In this document: positions 10,101 to 20,600 of the stretch, piece by piece
How the letters are laid out: each line of letters opens with the position of its first letter
How positions within the stretch are numbered: the first letter of the stretch is position 1
Assembly: GCA_015231405.1 (NCBI GenBank)
Contig: JADGBR010000003.1
Span: 29,549 to 93,548 of the forward strand
Source of the DNA: Candidatus Omnitrophota bacterium
GTDB lineage: Bacteria > Omnitrophota > Gorgyraeia > Tantalellales > Tantalellaceae
Direction: 5' to 3'
DNA: 64,000 bases
Notes under the pieces: generated by a model
Told to the model about the DNA's origin: nothing
Database searches by the model: none
Seen by the model: the letters and a program-made list of their open reading frames with translations, nothing else
Position numbers and translations under genes: made by a program

Positions 10101-11648
10101 TCTCTGCCGGGAACAGCCGGGATAGCCGTGGAAGGCGGGAAGATATTCTATTTTATGCCTGGCGACATAAACGTGACGACCGAAGTCGCCGATAACGGCC
10201 TTCTCAGGGTGCTCAGGCTGCTGGATTCGGCCCTTGATATCGCGGGGCCTCTAAGTTCGTCTTCAAGCTACGTGGCGAAAGTGCTGAAATATTCTCTTCC
10301 GGCCTCGTTCGAGACCCAAAAAGAATTCGAAGGGTACGATGACCTCATAAGGCATACCGCGGACAAAATAGAGACGAAACATACGGAGCTGGAAGACGCT
10401 AAGATGTTCGTGAGCATGAGCGGTATGGTCGGAGCGGGCAAAAGCACGGTCTCGTCGAGGGTGGTAGAGGAGCTCGAGAGAAGGGGCAAGAAGGTCATTT
10501 ATCTCGGCGAGGACGAGGTTGTCATATCGCGCGCTATCCGGCGCGAGTGGGAAGTGAGGCTCGACCCGAAGCTGAACGATTTTTACGCGTACCATGACTG
10601 GGATAAATTGAGGGCGATAATAGGCTGGCTGAAAAGTACGGGGAATGGTAAAAAAACATTTGACGGGCTTTACAATAATAAAACGGGAGAATGCGACGGG
10701 AGACGCGAATTCGATATAGACGAGGATACGATAATAATATTTGAGGGGATATATCCGGAAGATACGGATATTTACCCGAAAGAGCTCTTCAACCTGCGGT
10801 TCCATTTCACTATCCCTTTCGACACGTCACTTGAGAGGGACGTTGCGCGGGTGCTTGAGCGTTCAGACAGAACGGAGATGGAAGCCAGGGTCAAATCAAA
10901 AGCCCTCTGGGGTACTTTGACGGGACTATTCCTAAAATGCAGGGACATGATAAAGAGAGGAGATTGCGAGATAATAGACATGTCCGACCTAATGGCTCCG
11001 AGACTCATTAGGTATAAGAGCACGGCCATGGGTGGGCCCCGGATGAGGAAAAGAAATCCGAAGATCACTTTACCTGAAGGATTTTCCGATACCGAGCCGT
11101 CGGTGGTCCTTAAAAAAGATGTTCTAAAAGAGTATTTAGATGACAAACGGTCGTACAGGATAAGGTACGATACCGCCAGACTTTCACTGTCTCAGCAAAA
11201 AATACTGGAAACGTACGCCTCTGTCATGGGCAGGGATATTAAGCTAGCCCCCTACATCGGTCGAGACGGGAGCATGGAGCCTCTTGTCACGGTGTTCGCG
11301 GAAGGAACGGACGGGTTTAAAGGCGAAGCGAGCGTCGAGGTGAAAGTGCCCGAAGGCTCGATTGGAGAATATTTCCTCAGGATTACGGGGATATTGAATA
11401 TAGCCATGGCTGCTTCGAACCTGGAGGCGGGTAAAGGCGCCACGGTGGGCTCGGAAATGAGCAACGGACCGATAATGGGTTTTATCAGGGAACAGTACAG
11501 AAAGATCACCGGACGTGACCCGGACGCTGACGGCGTTATGTACGATGTATCGAACATGAAAATAGAACTTCCGGAGTCTTACAAAATGAGTATGGCTCTA
11601 ATTGAGGAATTTAACGAACTCGCTTCGAAGGCGCTCGTCGCGGCTTAA
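3..11648 (+). CDS. Giant multidomain protein, 5'-partial. The ORF is open to the window edge; at least 3881 aa lie in the window. It is a mosaic of enzyme-like domains (see the sub-features below).
   Basis: A single uninterrupted + frame runs from position 3 to the TAA at 11646-11648. The adenosine-deaminase-like domain at the start lacks its N-terminal HxH segment, so the gene continues upstream. Multiple recognisable catalytic motifs are present along its length. Confidence 0.85.
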   Translation: MYDDIHTRGVRDLRDIIVDNMPPAEAEAYFLDSIENVARQSFSDGVREVELRFNPFKEMLYTDPLTGAKADIGSYGIILDDLLRKLDDRLSKLEAEADKVFGKDKGPHRVVFMFSIGRDRLEGDRFVKGEWERKFAILSDLKEKYGFAAFYGERLSGVDIAGIEPFGKEQGDTRETISERVRERFHLDQMAVILKRLKDAGYAITTHLGCRYGSSPRDDVMGHAAFVKAHLDAWGDVLDRVGHGKIFTTGKVYSESVDGADSKWAAYDEATAKALVKELRMKGIAIETCPQKLESRSVYRMMRDLPNVSWIEKGVKVVYGTDGSYLSGGCTLSQWITRLMLSFPASGRKYFGTGDMMETVSSVKKSADIEENINKYSAAAWEHFYKADREGTGTALLVTPNEFLRKTIALSGGLLEIKDPYYMRMVCRRVEEIREKNSAGLLNELSVSTGQMREQVSERARGYLEKGERKFTAEQILKDYERVINNLFILQSALMYPKAMLWIFQSLYREMEEFRLKSESEKKETPFLILISATDRIESLRNFFQSLVEEVDTFNYGLTLELGGDGSIVKRTDKVTVAIIENSSDPLVAVQNRELIAEYRNKGLRIVYYGADEKVKIVEMIRKREGEKSLYYRFGITPEDLGRDKVKAVTAGIKNAGYNATRNFSFEVARECFSTMPDDSVSVLIDDDEMLNSLLVSDEEGVKIERPFSFFHNADRYYKDPVLEVLSGNISGDPAIGVAEMLHGNLRDLKEFLERTALMAPGDDYTRKMFEGASQELSENVMIENFNDYGQRATWSGKSPMRRGWAFPRVPREGEERTVGAQFRAFADAADQMFFGHQETRPIGYSPDSYMTDSDNAVVPKMVWSFFGTGGNLMLSKKLINYADMTCMPTGKWRREDVMLEKLIEVFYTPVNMTFLPVRHSRLKTGHRMGITRRDTGELSFVRFLGSAYHGYIFQRFVERIFDLEYIGSMEDFIRVATKASLGEYPGFMEWYLSVKKRRYENLKQYLSDLKDMALEMRAKGFFTEKKYWWNNDPSYAQSVREMEIIVDSIIADMDPAGKDYSEMFAELHKKTEDTTLADERKVVDEMRESYPHMRNYMREHPYSYTDLKRTEEILYRRSAKAGVRTVQVTIMNEAGRMERIRLPLHLRGASRLISVYIASSVYNFLVRNGAGEKIYIACDDEQEARGVVKRVKKTLEISGLDFTVRGNYNVKLVPARRRDLAGIREEERTRERERGRILKNRKLKAPEKGVFMCLDLGKSSAKILVHDGNAVVYSGKKEGSFYYKRTPGDIKREIGVIVDETLTALGYGRDSLRGVTVLVPDIVDKAGNKALYLKGEDLPFPAIVRHDSEGHAAYFRNKGLDNFYLLALGTHPGTQAVIFGKTADEPMEMSRSVVCIDGREKPVELRELLSTQAVLEEGLFKGIIDHADNERKDEAFAIMAQKAEEGDERALSLLNYLGEYTAIHLVNMVRHIRFDKVVFSGGMCRGKFGEMLAENTMRSLKTRGFGWIKPVLMGDEDMQLAGALGGISLAEEYWIGPDEDARRLKVYHKMILSLKDDGDASKWKDVFDRFKEESGAKPGDFEKVRMCFERDGGKYNEFIFHLPLKMAGAEREIAARYLSSWINKFIVSRAAKKVVIDTAIEGMFKEIETSFDAEYNDPNSQVSLARTVGEYWDSGSFRLEQYAQGTDLDIEPYIMEKETALKRDTAINRSVKAIGINVGKYRIKISVVEIMGQGRYKHIGKIKDFNTWEKTDDRSSFDTLYTKLIKGVREVLAENGLSESDVDGIGIAAATAVKNGQPLGRPMGFARGFNREAELAKLKGLRAKMSEDLSGLPVFVRHDGDVECLGMARSKGIRNLLVMKCGNTPGVGFVENDGNLAEGLNEFGKVVTDMGRDALAHDKTGVKGEVASYTAWDGTCKVAKKMGLYEKYNFGPEDPVPGILQGWLNLRTDSTFSEREDARKVFLQSGRETGKFVVEMLDLYPIEHIGVSGGVYFGESGKAMKAGIEEIFKESGLLGKINIIIDNYDMEKMKYNVTLGGAYLVYDAVTLGDGEIKAKDLDHASRLFGISPRILKLKARIAEWKWGGRTRTDGRPSAIRELLGESASDEPAAEAWYGAHPKLPSPVEIFGLDTTLDKVMERVYEVVLGPEVVKRFGKVMPIMFKFLDAAESLSIQCHPGKEQARRLARERPGVYDEFNKPEAFVACTDEGFSSLGGVLPIDDFIKVLKSHFPDIETDYAAEKDKAGYDPALFVKKYVKLVLDKGNGFADIVMPELLNQYNAKNGEVLYSHDGHVNALLSGFIAEIETNSDNTLRAAKTVKERDIPNFLEAADLTPAREELRKFRETDDPAVKSCITTEAFALDLVSPGENGEVVVKTRDSFHLLVVFKGSVIIRGPDGRDIKLERGEACLIPAFFEEFRILSEGGAEVFDSFVPVMARKGINRLSVSRMPEEAHAGSPEGQSNEKSEIMEIGNCFEIGKTGNMRYDKAMSEACYEMRERRYISGEQWKKAVGSGGVSIEIVPGLDNRLSDIVEKEGKKVILINKDVMDSDRISDEDLRVILMFVLSSAIDRITFGLFAEDIRLLVPSGESEVMILLRDMERLWYNGRGGENDRNIFLNIVRRLDTNYSFLYYNTSYALLAEGFEAYKVNPQGRPGWLKLIKKYIEDNAGDGKTYKYDVYDREVASFKASDFFALRRWFRGYYFYWANAVDERDPGTGINFIFDRAQDPEFPLTPHSAIIQALKQPVESRETARAMGDKDDGKKRTFLEDTLLALHDWDDIDMERIDRVYIRYLKSGTFKEVYYVQVILKDDFAKPLEFALLVPRETVLRAGYDICISPWEIDKLEELNKHDSALVPKPGSRVTTLSFHDEGKKPFWQRRDMYSMQYAGRDTVGLLDLYDLEDDSKIQVLRDVVSKYIILWHRNGGYEFICDPTNENVCFLDWDGRIVDMGAPTYDYDIVFIMRYLWERICFDSDGRSLFSYGKDRDEGKERIPDRSFIFDGVVDAFVQSRKGEEVEEAVTAGIRFLQRVRNYPSVELPEEFKEALDEYLAKYGTKKLDYKIPERIEYKPLSEVNWDVVDKLWRETVPDKGFQPNAVSYFDFLGVNYMAKSFMRAIATRGFPLPDVNFTVQDLIPEQENAILEHMEFRFKRDMITPDRLTLLFLKSLALKYEGSGGENIIELGINNSDQYLRIIKKLQKIAGGRFTMKGERKGLRDKAGLEKILGISKLNTIENILTGANPKVIVIDDKIWSSLSGDGLKEAFTILNDLLGKERRVVITSEHSIGSLLNRYVKGTGLKKEMYDKLSFIARNGKEFSRYAKGENGDPGTWSVEEGIGFGSAEIMAKISMETGLPLWSFLCIGDKWSVPMASLPGTAGIAVEGGKIFYFMPGDINVTTEVADNGLLRVLRLLDSALDIAGPLSSSSSYVAKVLKYSLPASFETQKEFEGYDDLIRHTADKIETKHTELEDAKMFVSMSGMVGAGKSTVSSRVVEELERRGKKVIYLGEDEVVISRAIRREWEVRLDPKLNDFYAYHDWDKLRAIIGWLKSTGNGKKTFDGLYNNKTGECDGRREFDIDEDTIIIFEGIYPEDTDIYPKELFNLRFHFTIPFDTSLERDVARVLERSDRTEMEARVKSKALWGTLTGLFLKCRDMIKRGDCEIIDMSDLMAPRLIRYKSTAMGGPRMRKRNPKITLPEGFSDTEPSVVLKKDVLKEYLDDKRSYRIRYDTARLSLSQQKILETYASVMGRDIKLAPYIGRDGSMEPLVTVFAEGTDGFKGEASVEVKVPEGSIGEYFLRITGILNIAMAASNLEAGKGATVGSEMSNGPIMGFIREQYRKITGRDPDADGVMYDVSNMKIELPESYKMSMALIEEFNELASKALVAA
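3750..4620 (+). other. ROK/glucokinase-like (ASKHA fold) sugar-kinase-like domain 1.
   Basis: An N-terminal phosphate loop MCLDLGKSSAKILVHDG and a C-terminal glycine-rich VVFSGGMCRGKFGEML are typical of the ROK/ASKHA fold. Confidence 0.45.
5150..6130 (+). other. ROK/glucokinase-like (ASKHA fold) domain 2.
   Basis: The motifs KISVVEIMGQGRY, DGIGIAAATAVKNG, LLVMKCGNTPGVGFVENDGNL and HIGVSGGVYFGESG match the ROK family motif pattern. Confidence 0.5.
6280..7330 (+). other. Type I phosphomannose isomerase (ManA-like cupin) domain.
   Basis: AWYGAHPKLPSP matches ManA ELWMGAHP. KFLDAAESLSIQCHPGKEQA matches the PMI type I SIQAHP zinc motif. A C-terminal cupin segment GEACLIPA follows. Confidence 0.65.
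8600..8900 (+). other. Aminoglycoside-phosphotransferase/protein-kinase-like catalytic core.
   Basis: LWHRNGGYEFICDPTNENVCFLDWDG matches the Brenner HxDxxxxN motif followed by a DFG-like DWD. Confidence 0.4.
10380..11000 (+). other. Uridine-kinase/phosphoribulokinase-like P-loop NTPase domain.
   Basis: Walker A VSMSGMVGAGKSTVS and the downstream IIIFEGIYPED match the PRK/UK family motif. Confidence 0.55.
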
Positions 11649-11663
11649 ACCAATAGGCAGGAT

Positions 11664-14600
11664 ATGGGATCTAACGGGATAAAGAAGATTTACGGAAAAT
11701 ATATAATAAGAATGGTTTCGGCGGCGCTCGTCTCTCTGATGGTCGCGAACGACATCGGCTACGCCCTTTCCCCGGGATCACGTTTTACCGAAGAGTCCGG
11801 ACCAGGACGGAACGAGCTGTTCAAGGGAGCGGTTTTCAGGGTAGTGTATGAGATCATCGGGAAGTACCTTGAGATGGGTATCGATCCCGTGACGATCATT
11901 GGCGATATAAAGGAAGGGATAGGTATTGTCGAGGAAGCTTTCCGGAGGGAAGAGGGGCTTCCCTCGTCCGCGAAAACCGCCAATTTCGACCCTCTTCTTT
12001 ACGGATTCAATATCGACGAGCTCGAATATTCCCCAGTAGAAAAAGCCTTCAGGCTGCCCATCTACCGGGGAGGCCAAAAGATCCACACCTACAAATTCTA
12101 CATGACCCGAACGCCCGATAAAGAGCCCGATCACACCATCGAACTCCCAACCGGCCACCCCCTCTACGCCAGCATCGAACTCAGGGACAGTCCCCATAGG
12201 GACACCCTTACGCACGGAAACTCAGAAAATTCCTCGAATTCCGGAAATGATGCCCACGGGGCTATTAGACGGAACGTAAGTAACGAAGATATAGAAGCAG
12301 CCATTGACGGAGACTTGGATCTTCAAAGCGTCAAGGATGAAATATCTATGATCGATATCATATTCAACGATATGGCGCTCGATACGAACGTGGATCTTGA
12401 AAAGAAAGCCGAAGAGTATGGTGTAACGGCGGACGAGCTAGTGAAAAGGATAAAACTCGCCAGGGAGGTGTTCTCGGAAGGCCGGAGAAGCCAGGCGAAG
12501 TTCAAGTTATTTAACGCCATTATCAGGAACCCGTCGACATACGCTTTTGGTTACGTGAAGCCTGGGGTCTTCGCGTATTCCCGGGAATTTATAAATGACC
12601 TGGGGCATGATCTTAAAGCGGAATACCTCATGCATGAGCCTCTTTGTTATTACCTGTCGGAATTGATAGGTGAAGAGAAAGGGCATAAATTGGCGAGGGA
12701 GATCCAGTCCTTGTACTTCTACTCCAATTATGGCCCGACGGGAGACAGGGAGTTAGACCCATATGACTGGTTGCGAGGGAAACTGACCGATTTTATACGG
12801 GACTTTACTATACGGGTGCTCGAGAAAGAAAAGAAAATGCCGGAACTTGATCTTGGCGTTCTGGATAAATGGGTTGATGCCCAGGCAAAGGCCGAACAGG
12901 CGCACCTTAGAGCGCTCAGATTGAGATTGACTGAGTTGATCCTTATGAAAGGTTCGCTCAATGAGGTGATAATTGACGAAAAAAGATCGAATTCCGGATT
13001 TACCGCGTCAAATAAACATTTATTGAGCGACATGACCCGGAAGGTCAAAGACCTGGTTAAATTTATCGAAGATGTGCTTCCGGTAATAACCGTAGCTGAG
13101 AGGGAAGGGTTGGGGTATCTGATCAGATCCAGGGCGGAAAATGACAGGTTCAGGAGAGTAGCTATTGAAATAGGCCTCGGGGTCCTTGGGAAAGGGAGTG
13201 GAGAGAAATATCCGGTTCTCGAAATATTCAGCGAACACCTTAAAAAGTTTGAGACGACTCTTAGAGGGGAGAAATCGGAAGTATTTACCCGGCGCCTAGC
13301 CGCGCATATCAAGTGGTGCGAAAGCATAGAAAAAGAACTTGCCCGGCTCCAGAAGGAGTCATTACCATCGGGAGCTTTAGCGAAGAAAGGCGAGCATCGA
13401 GGATCGATCAGCCGGGACACCCAGGAAAAGTCTATGGTCCATGGACCATTGTCCATTGTCCCTGCCTCGCCGGCAGGCAGGCATGGTCAATCGTCCATGG
13501 TCCCCGAAGCACAACGGGTTACACCAAAAATCGGGGATCGCGGGTCGAAGACGTCGCTCAGGGCGAAGATCCTGGCCTGCGCGTTCCTGGTGGGGGTTAT
13601 CCTGGTTGTCGAACCATTGATGGTTTACGGCATGAACTGGTTGATCCCTAAACGGTTCATAGCTGATATTTTCCCGCTCGGGTTCGCTTCGGGCGCCTTG
13701 GAATTCGGTACGGTAAAAACTTTTACGGCTTTTGTCGTATTCAGGTTCTTTGGAGAGATCCTGGCACAGGTAGCCGTCAGGTGGATGAAGGAAGGGATAA
13801 AAGGGATAAGTTTAAAACGGGACATAGACTGGTCGAAGGTGCGGGTCGTATGCTACTTCGCGGGCGGATTCCTCAGCTGGTTCCTGCCTTCCGTTTGGGG
13901 CGTATTTAAGGCCTCTTCGCTTGATCCGCGTTTGTACGGGTTTGCTGATCTGATAGTCGCCGGGCCCATAACGCTGCCCGTCCTCTTCGGTGCGCATCTT
14001 TTCATGAAATGGGCTTATACGCGCGAGAAAATGGATCCGGGGAAGTCGCTCAAAGAAACATTTTACAGGATAGGGTTCACGTTCGTTTTCGCGATAGTGT
14101 ATTGGTGCACTATCCTGGGGATGGTATTTTCGACCGATAGGCCGCTGGACGAGCAGGCGTATATCATCGCATACTTCACGCCGTTCTACGCCATCGCGCA
14201 AAGTTTCGCGGCTAATTTAACCGATGTGGGTAAGGGCGTTAAGATGCGAAAATGGGCGCTGCCTATGATAGCCGCGGCGGTGTTATACAACTTAAGGTAT
14301 TTCTTTTTTAACCTTTCGAACACAAATCTAATAGTCGGGTTCGCGCTCTGGGCTATTCCTATAACGCTCGGGTTCAGACTGAACAAGCCCCTGGGCCCGG
14401 TCTGGGCGACGGCGCCGGAGGAAGACGGCATTTATCGGAAAATATCGGACCATTTGGCCAAAGATCCCGGGGATATGACCATAGTCGTGCCGGAAGCGGC
14501 GTCAGAGAGCGCACTTAAGGGGATTGATAGGATAATAGCTAAATACGGTGATAAGGTAAAGCCCATACTGATCGGCAACGCCGGCGATATAGAAAAAATT

Positions 14601-17600
14601 ATGCTCACGCAAAAACTCGACCATCTTATAAAGTCGAGCCGGAAGGAGATTATAAATATAAACGATAAGGGCGAGATCTATGAGGAGACGGTCAGGATCG
14701 TGGGTGAAGGCCGGGCGAGGATAATCCTCAAAGGAAAAAGCTCGTCGGATGTTCTCATGAAAATGATACTGACCGCGGGCAAGAAAAGACTGCGTGTTCC
14801 GGGGAGCAGCATAACGCATATGCGCCTATTCGAGATGCCGGACGGCGGGCCCTTACTTATGACGGACGGCGGTATAAACGTCATGTCCGATACGGAAGAC
14901 GCTGACAAAAGGGTAGCCAAAAAGATAGCCGGAATAGACAATTCCGTGAGGGTTATGCGCCATCTGGGTGTAACTAGGCCCTTAGTGACCATTCTGGCCG
15001 AAGGGAAGAACGGCGAAAAATGGATACGTGAGGACGCCGAGGGGATAATTTCAGAGCTTAAGAAGAGGGGAGTCGATCCGGGGTTTGATATCGAAGGGCC
15101 CGTATCGCTCGGGGAAGTATACGGCCGAGGTAACTTATCCCGGCGCATCCTTGTTTTTCCTTGGATAGGCCCCGCGAACATCATTTATAAAGCAACGGCC
15201 GGATTCAGGAGGGAACCGGAACATGTGAAAGATATTCCGGTACGAACAGCTTCCGGGAAAAAGGGAAAACTCAGCGTCTTCGAATATCAAATTGACGGCA
15301 CGAAGCGTTATCTTTCCGTGGCCGTCCCCCCTCCGGGGGCGGACCTGGAGGAAAAAAAGGAATTCATAAAAAGATCCAGCAGGATGCTTTTTAAAAAATA
15401 TGGCATAGGAAAGCCTAAAGTGGCTATATTGGATTTCACCGAGCAAGCTGAAAATTTCGAGAAAGTGCCTACGATAAAGGACGGGATAGCGCTCAAGAAG
15501 TACTTTTCGGAAAGAGACGCCGGATGCGTGGTCGACGGCCCAATGGCATACGACGTCGCTGATTCGAAAGAGGCGGCCAAGGCGAAGGGGTATGACTCCG
15601 TAGTCGCTGGGGACGCGGATATGTATTTCGCCCCGGATAACGATACCGGGAACATGCTTGAATCCCTGTATAAATATTCCGGCAAATTGAAGTTGGGTTG
15701 GAACGCCTCCGACCTTTCATACGGTGGCCTCGCGACGGACAATGGCGAACCGGTTTTTGTGGTGGTCCCATCGAGATCGGACTCTGAGTTCCACAAAGAG
15801 CGGTCGCTAGACGTCGCGGCGGAACTCATGTCACGCGACCGGGAAGAAGGAGTTAACATCCGCCCGGAGGGCAAAGGAACCCCCGGAAAATCTCCCCCCG
15901 GCGGATCCATAGCTGAAGCGCTCAAGGTGGTCAACGTGTCGCTGCTCAAGGAAGGAACTTTAGGGAATATATTCACGCGTCGGGAATTCGCCCAGAAAAG
16001 GATCAATGCCAAGAGACAGGCACAATATTCGCCTGGCACGGTTGCGGCGGAGCTGGATTCATTGACGAGAATAGGGGTACTGGACCGTGTTCGTGACGGC
16101 CTGGCCTATAAATATTACGTGAGGGACTGGTACAAGGACATAAGGCCCGGGGTAAGGAAAAAGTTACAAGTTATGGTCGAAAATGCCGTGAGGGCAAAGG
16201 AAGTCAGGGCAAATCCTCTGGATGAGAAAGATCTTTTATTCCTGCAGAACGCCCTGGTGAAGATGATGAAACGGTATTACAGCGCCACGGTCTTTTCGAT
16301 AATACCCGAAAAACAAAAAAACCGTGTTATGGAACAGATCGTGGACATGGAATGCCATTTTTGCGATACACCGCGTGAAAGGAAGAAGTGGACCGCCTAT
16401 CATACTTACATGGCCGGCGAGCCCGAGAGGGAGACAAGGATAGTGCGATACAACAATAAGGTCATAGGTCTTATGCTTTTTAAGCGGGATACCGGAAATG
16501 ACTGTATCAGAATATTGAGGATGAAGATCCACCCGGAATGGGAAGACAAGGGCGTAGATCATTACCTTGTGGACACGGTTAAGGCGGAGATGGTCGAAGG
16601 CGGGGGTTTGGGGAAATGCCGGGTCATATTGAACGAGAACGACATCAATGCCTGGGAGTTTTACAGAAGCGCGGGATTCAGGTCTCTGGAGAAGAGAGGA
16701 GAGGGCGCCCGCGGATTGGATGTAATGGAGTTCATGCCTGGAATTTCTACCGATGAGAACGGATCGAGTCAAGAAGATGTTCTCTTGGTCAGGAACGCCA
16801 TAGAGAGCGCGTATCACGACCTCGCCGAACGGTTCATGGAAGTGCCGGTTGAGCGGCTCGACAAGGATATGGATCCCGAGCTTATCAAGTCGGGGTATAA
16901 GTACACTGCCAGGACAAGCGGACGAGAAGTGGAATTTTCCGATATGTTCGAGGCGGGCGATCGGGAAGGTAAAAAGGCGATTGGAGCCATGAGGATCGTA
17001 TACGGTGAGGTTTATACGTCAGGCGAGATAGCCGAGGCGGCTAAAGAATACGGGATGCGTTACAGCTCCCCGGAATATATCAACCGTGTAGCCGTGATCA
17101 ATGGTGAAGTGGCAGGGTACATCAGATGCCGGCTTCTGATGAACGGGATGAAAGTTGATTTTGAGGAAAGGATATTTGATCAGAGGTATAACGGCATAGG
17201 GATCGGTGATCTTCTGATAAACGATTTGAAGATACTTCTTTCGACGCGGGCATACTCAGGGTTCGGTAAATGCGTAACATCTTTTCGTTCGCCGCAGGGA
17301 CGGCGCATGGTTGACTATTTGGGTAAGCACGGATTCAGGCCCGTTAACGGGCATAATAAGAAGTTTATTCTTGAAGGTGCTGACATCACTAAGATAAGCG
17401 GCCCCGAAGGGACTATCATCACGGATACCCTTTTCCAGGGAGGCGCGAGCCCGATATTGACTTACGGGCAACCCTATGAACTCCCGGAAGACGAGGAAGG
17501 CGGAACCGGACATGATAAGGATCCGCTGGACGGCTTGTACTTCATGACCGAAAGGCCCGAAATGGCTGAAAGAACGGTCAATTTCATAAAAACATTCCTT

Positions 17601-20600
17601 TTGTATCGCAAGCAGGTGACATTGGTTAACCGAGACACATATACGGGAGTAGACCGCTATCTGTCGATATCTGAAAGCTCCTGGAGTTATATGAAGGATA
17701 ATTTCAGGTTAAGCGAGATACCTCTTTATGTCTATGAGGAGAAAGTGCCGGGAAGCAGCAACACAAAACCGTTCATGGTAGCTCTAAGAATCGACGAGAA
17801 CCTGAAAAGCAACCTGATGTGGTTCGATAAGATGGAGGGCAGATGGATATCTGACGTAGCAAAGCAGATCATTATCAAAACCGGGGACGGGAACGATAAT
17901 ATCAAGGCTGTCTATATACCGCTTGAAGAGAGTAATCCGCCGGGAATGGCTGGCGCGAGGCCCAGAGACTTCCTTAAACTGGAATTTGATGCGACGAACG
18001 GAGACGGCTCAGGCAAGGATTTCGCGGAAGAGATAACGAGGCTTTTAAAGGAAAAATACAATCAGCCCGGGAGCGGTCCCCGTCTCAGCCTAAAGATGTC
18101 GGTAGTATCTCTCCCCGGATCGGCTTTATTCCGTCATATAGAGATCAGGAAACCGCAAAACGTATTAAAGCTGATCAACGGTTCCGAGAAATTGTCTAAC
18201 GGCAGGTTTACGGCCGAGGGGCTCTTCCTGGAAGGGGTGTCGTCCGGGCGAAGAGTGAATGGCCAAAAGATTAAGTCACAGGTTGACGCCCGTATAGATC
18301 TTGAGGCGCTAGCGGATCTTGGGATGATTGATAAATGGGGGGATAACCTTTTTAGCCTCAGGGACGATTACAAGGCTCTGTCAAAAAAGGATAGGATGAC
18401 GATAGAAAAGGAGCTGATACATTTATCCCATGCCGAGAACGGATCTTTCGATATCATGGAAAGGAATCTCAGGCTGACAATAAAAGATCTTATTAGCCGC
18501 AATGTTCGTCAAGTCTCCAGCGAGGATGTAACCCCGGGATCAGGGATAAGGAATGGGTGGACAGTAGGCACCGAGTTAGTAATGGCATCATCTGACGGTT
18601 ATCTGGAACAGTGTGCCGGGATAAAGTCTCTAACCGGACAAGGGGGGCTCAAGTCAAAGGGAAGAGGAAGCTTCAAACAGGAAATGAGAACAATGAAAGA
18701 TCTTCTGGCAGGGGTTGGAGTAGAAATGACAGCCGCGCTTTATGGACGCAGGGTAGTCGGTTATGTGATCATCCGTAAAAGAGAAGAAGAGAGGAGCGTA
18801 GAGATACTCGATATATGTGTCCACCCTCTCTTTTATGAGCGGGGAGTCGACGAGAACCTTTTAAAATGGGTCCTATCCTTGTTAAGTCCGGGGGAAAAAG
18901 GATATAAAAAGGTCTTTTACGATATAGCGGCATCGCCGGATGAGAAAGAACGATCTTTTGAGAGGCTGGGATTTTATGAGGAAATACCGGAGGAGGCCGA
19001 TCCCGTGATCGAGCGCGGAAAGATGAGGCTGGTGGCGAGGCCCAAAGAAGCGTCGGACGGGGATAGGAAAAAACTTCCCGGCGGCGCATTGCACAAGGCG
19101 GTCGCGTGTATCGGAGAGCATGATGATATTTTTGGGAACAGAGAAAATCCGTTTACGTTAAGAAAATTTATGCGATTTAGAAAATATTCGTACAATACTG
19201 TGCTGACAGAAGTCAGGGCCTTAATAAAACTTGGTATCCTGGAAAAAGCCGGGAAGAAAGGGAATGTCCCGCTTTACAGGGTCACCCGGCGTTTTGAGGA
19301 CGCACCTCCGGACGTCAGGTTCAAAGTATATGAAGCCCTCGAACGCGGGTTGGCCGAAAAAATGATACACGCGGCGCCCACCAGGGACGAACTGAAAATG
19401 GTCCGTTACGAGATCGATCACACGCTTGCGCCGTATGAGACGGTTGAAAGGCCAAAAGCAACGGCAAAACCGGCGGAAAAAATAATAACCTTCCCGGTTA
19501 ATGGAACACACGCTGAAGCAGTTGTTACAGAGGTCATTAACGATATGAAAGCCCCAGAACCGGCAGCATATAGCGGTTTCATGAGCGGCATGATGGATAT
19601 GGTATTCAATGAAACAAGGGATTTCACGCCGATACTTTCAGGGTCCGGGTATCTAAAGAGGACAAGTGAGATATTAGAAGATCTTATGGCGCTTGAAAAA
19701 ACGATATACTTGTCCATTCTTGAGGAATCAATGCGTAGCCCGGCGAGGTCAAAACGGTTGACACAGGCTAAAGAGCTCGTCGAAATGAGCAATGGAATGA
19801 CGGTAAAAGCGGCTGAAGTCGTAAAGGCCTGGCGGAAGACAGGGTATATGGCGGTCGAGCTTGACCCCGACGAGGTGAAAGCCGGGATCGGGCTCAGTAT
19901 AGGGAGGCGTCTTTTCGCCCTTGGTGAGGGGGAGGACGAGTTTTACGGACTTTTGTCCTGGACTTTCAATAAACTGAACGAGATCCTGGCCGAAGACGAC
20001 TTGTTCGGAGGGATGTTCCTGAGGGATACGGAACGTTCGATCATTAAACTCCGTGAACTTATGACCGACCTCCGAATCACCGTGTTCCGGGAATATTTCC
20101 TGGAATATTCATTTGCAGGAAACATGTTCAGGGATAATAAGGACATGATGGAACGTTTCGATCTGGATATAAAAGCCAATTTCAGGGAGAGGTACGACGT
20201 CTGGTATGAGTCGAAATGGGAGAGGATAAACGATCTCGCGAAATTCGCCGGCGATATCCTGGACGCCGCCGAGAAGATAAGCGATTTAAGAAGATACGAC
20301 TTCCCCAAAGCGAAGGGTTTCGAGCTGGAAGAATTGAAAATGGAACTCATTAGTGCCCTCAAATTTAACAGGCGTGTATGCCGCGACCAGTTAGACCTGG
20401 ATTATCTGGATGAACAGGTCTTACCGCTGATGATCTTCGGCGGGGACGGAAAAGGCGTGGATCATTACAGGATGATCTGGTCGGGAGCGATGACCATGAT
20501 AAGAAAACGGTTCAAAGGCATGTCGAGAAAAGAGCTTACCGCCCAGGATAGTAATATCGTGGAAGGCGGGCTGGCGGTTCCCTTTATGCTTATGGGGGGT

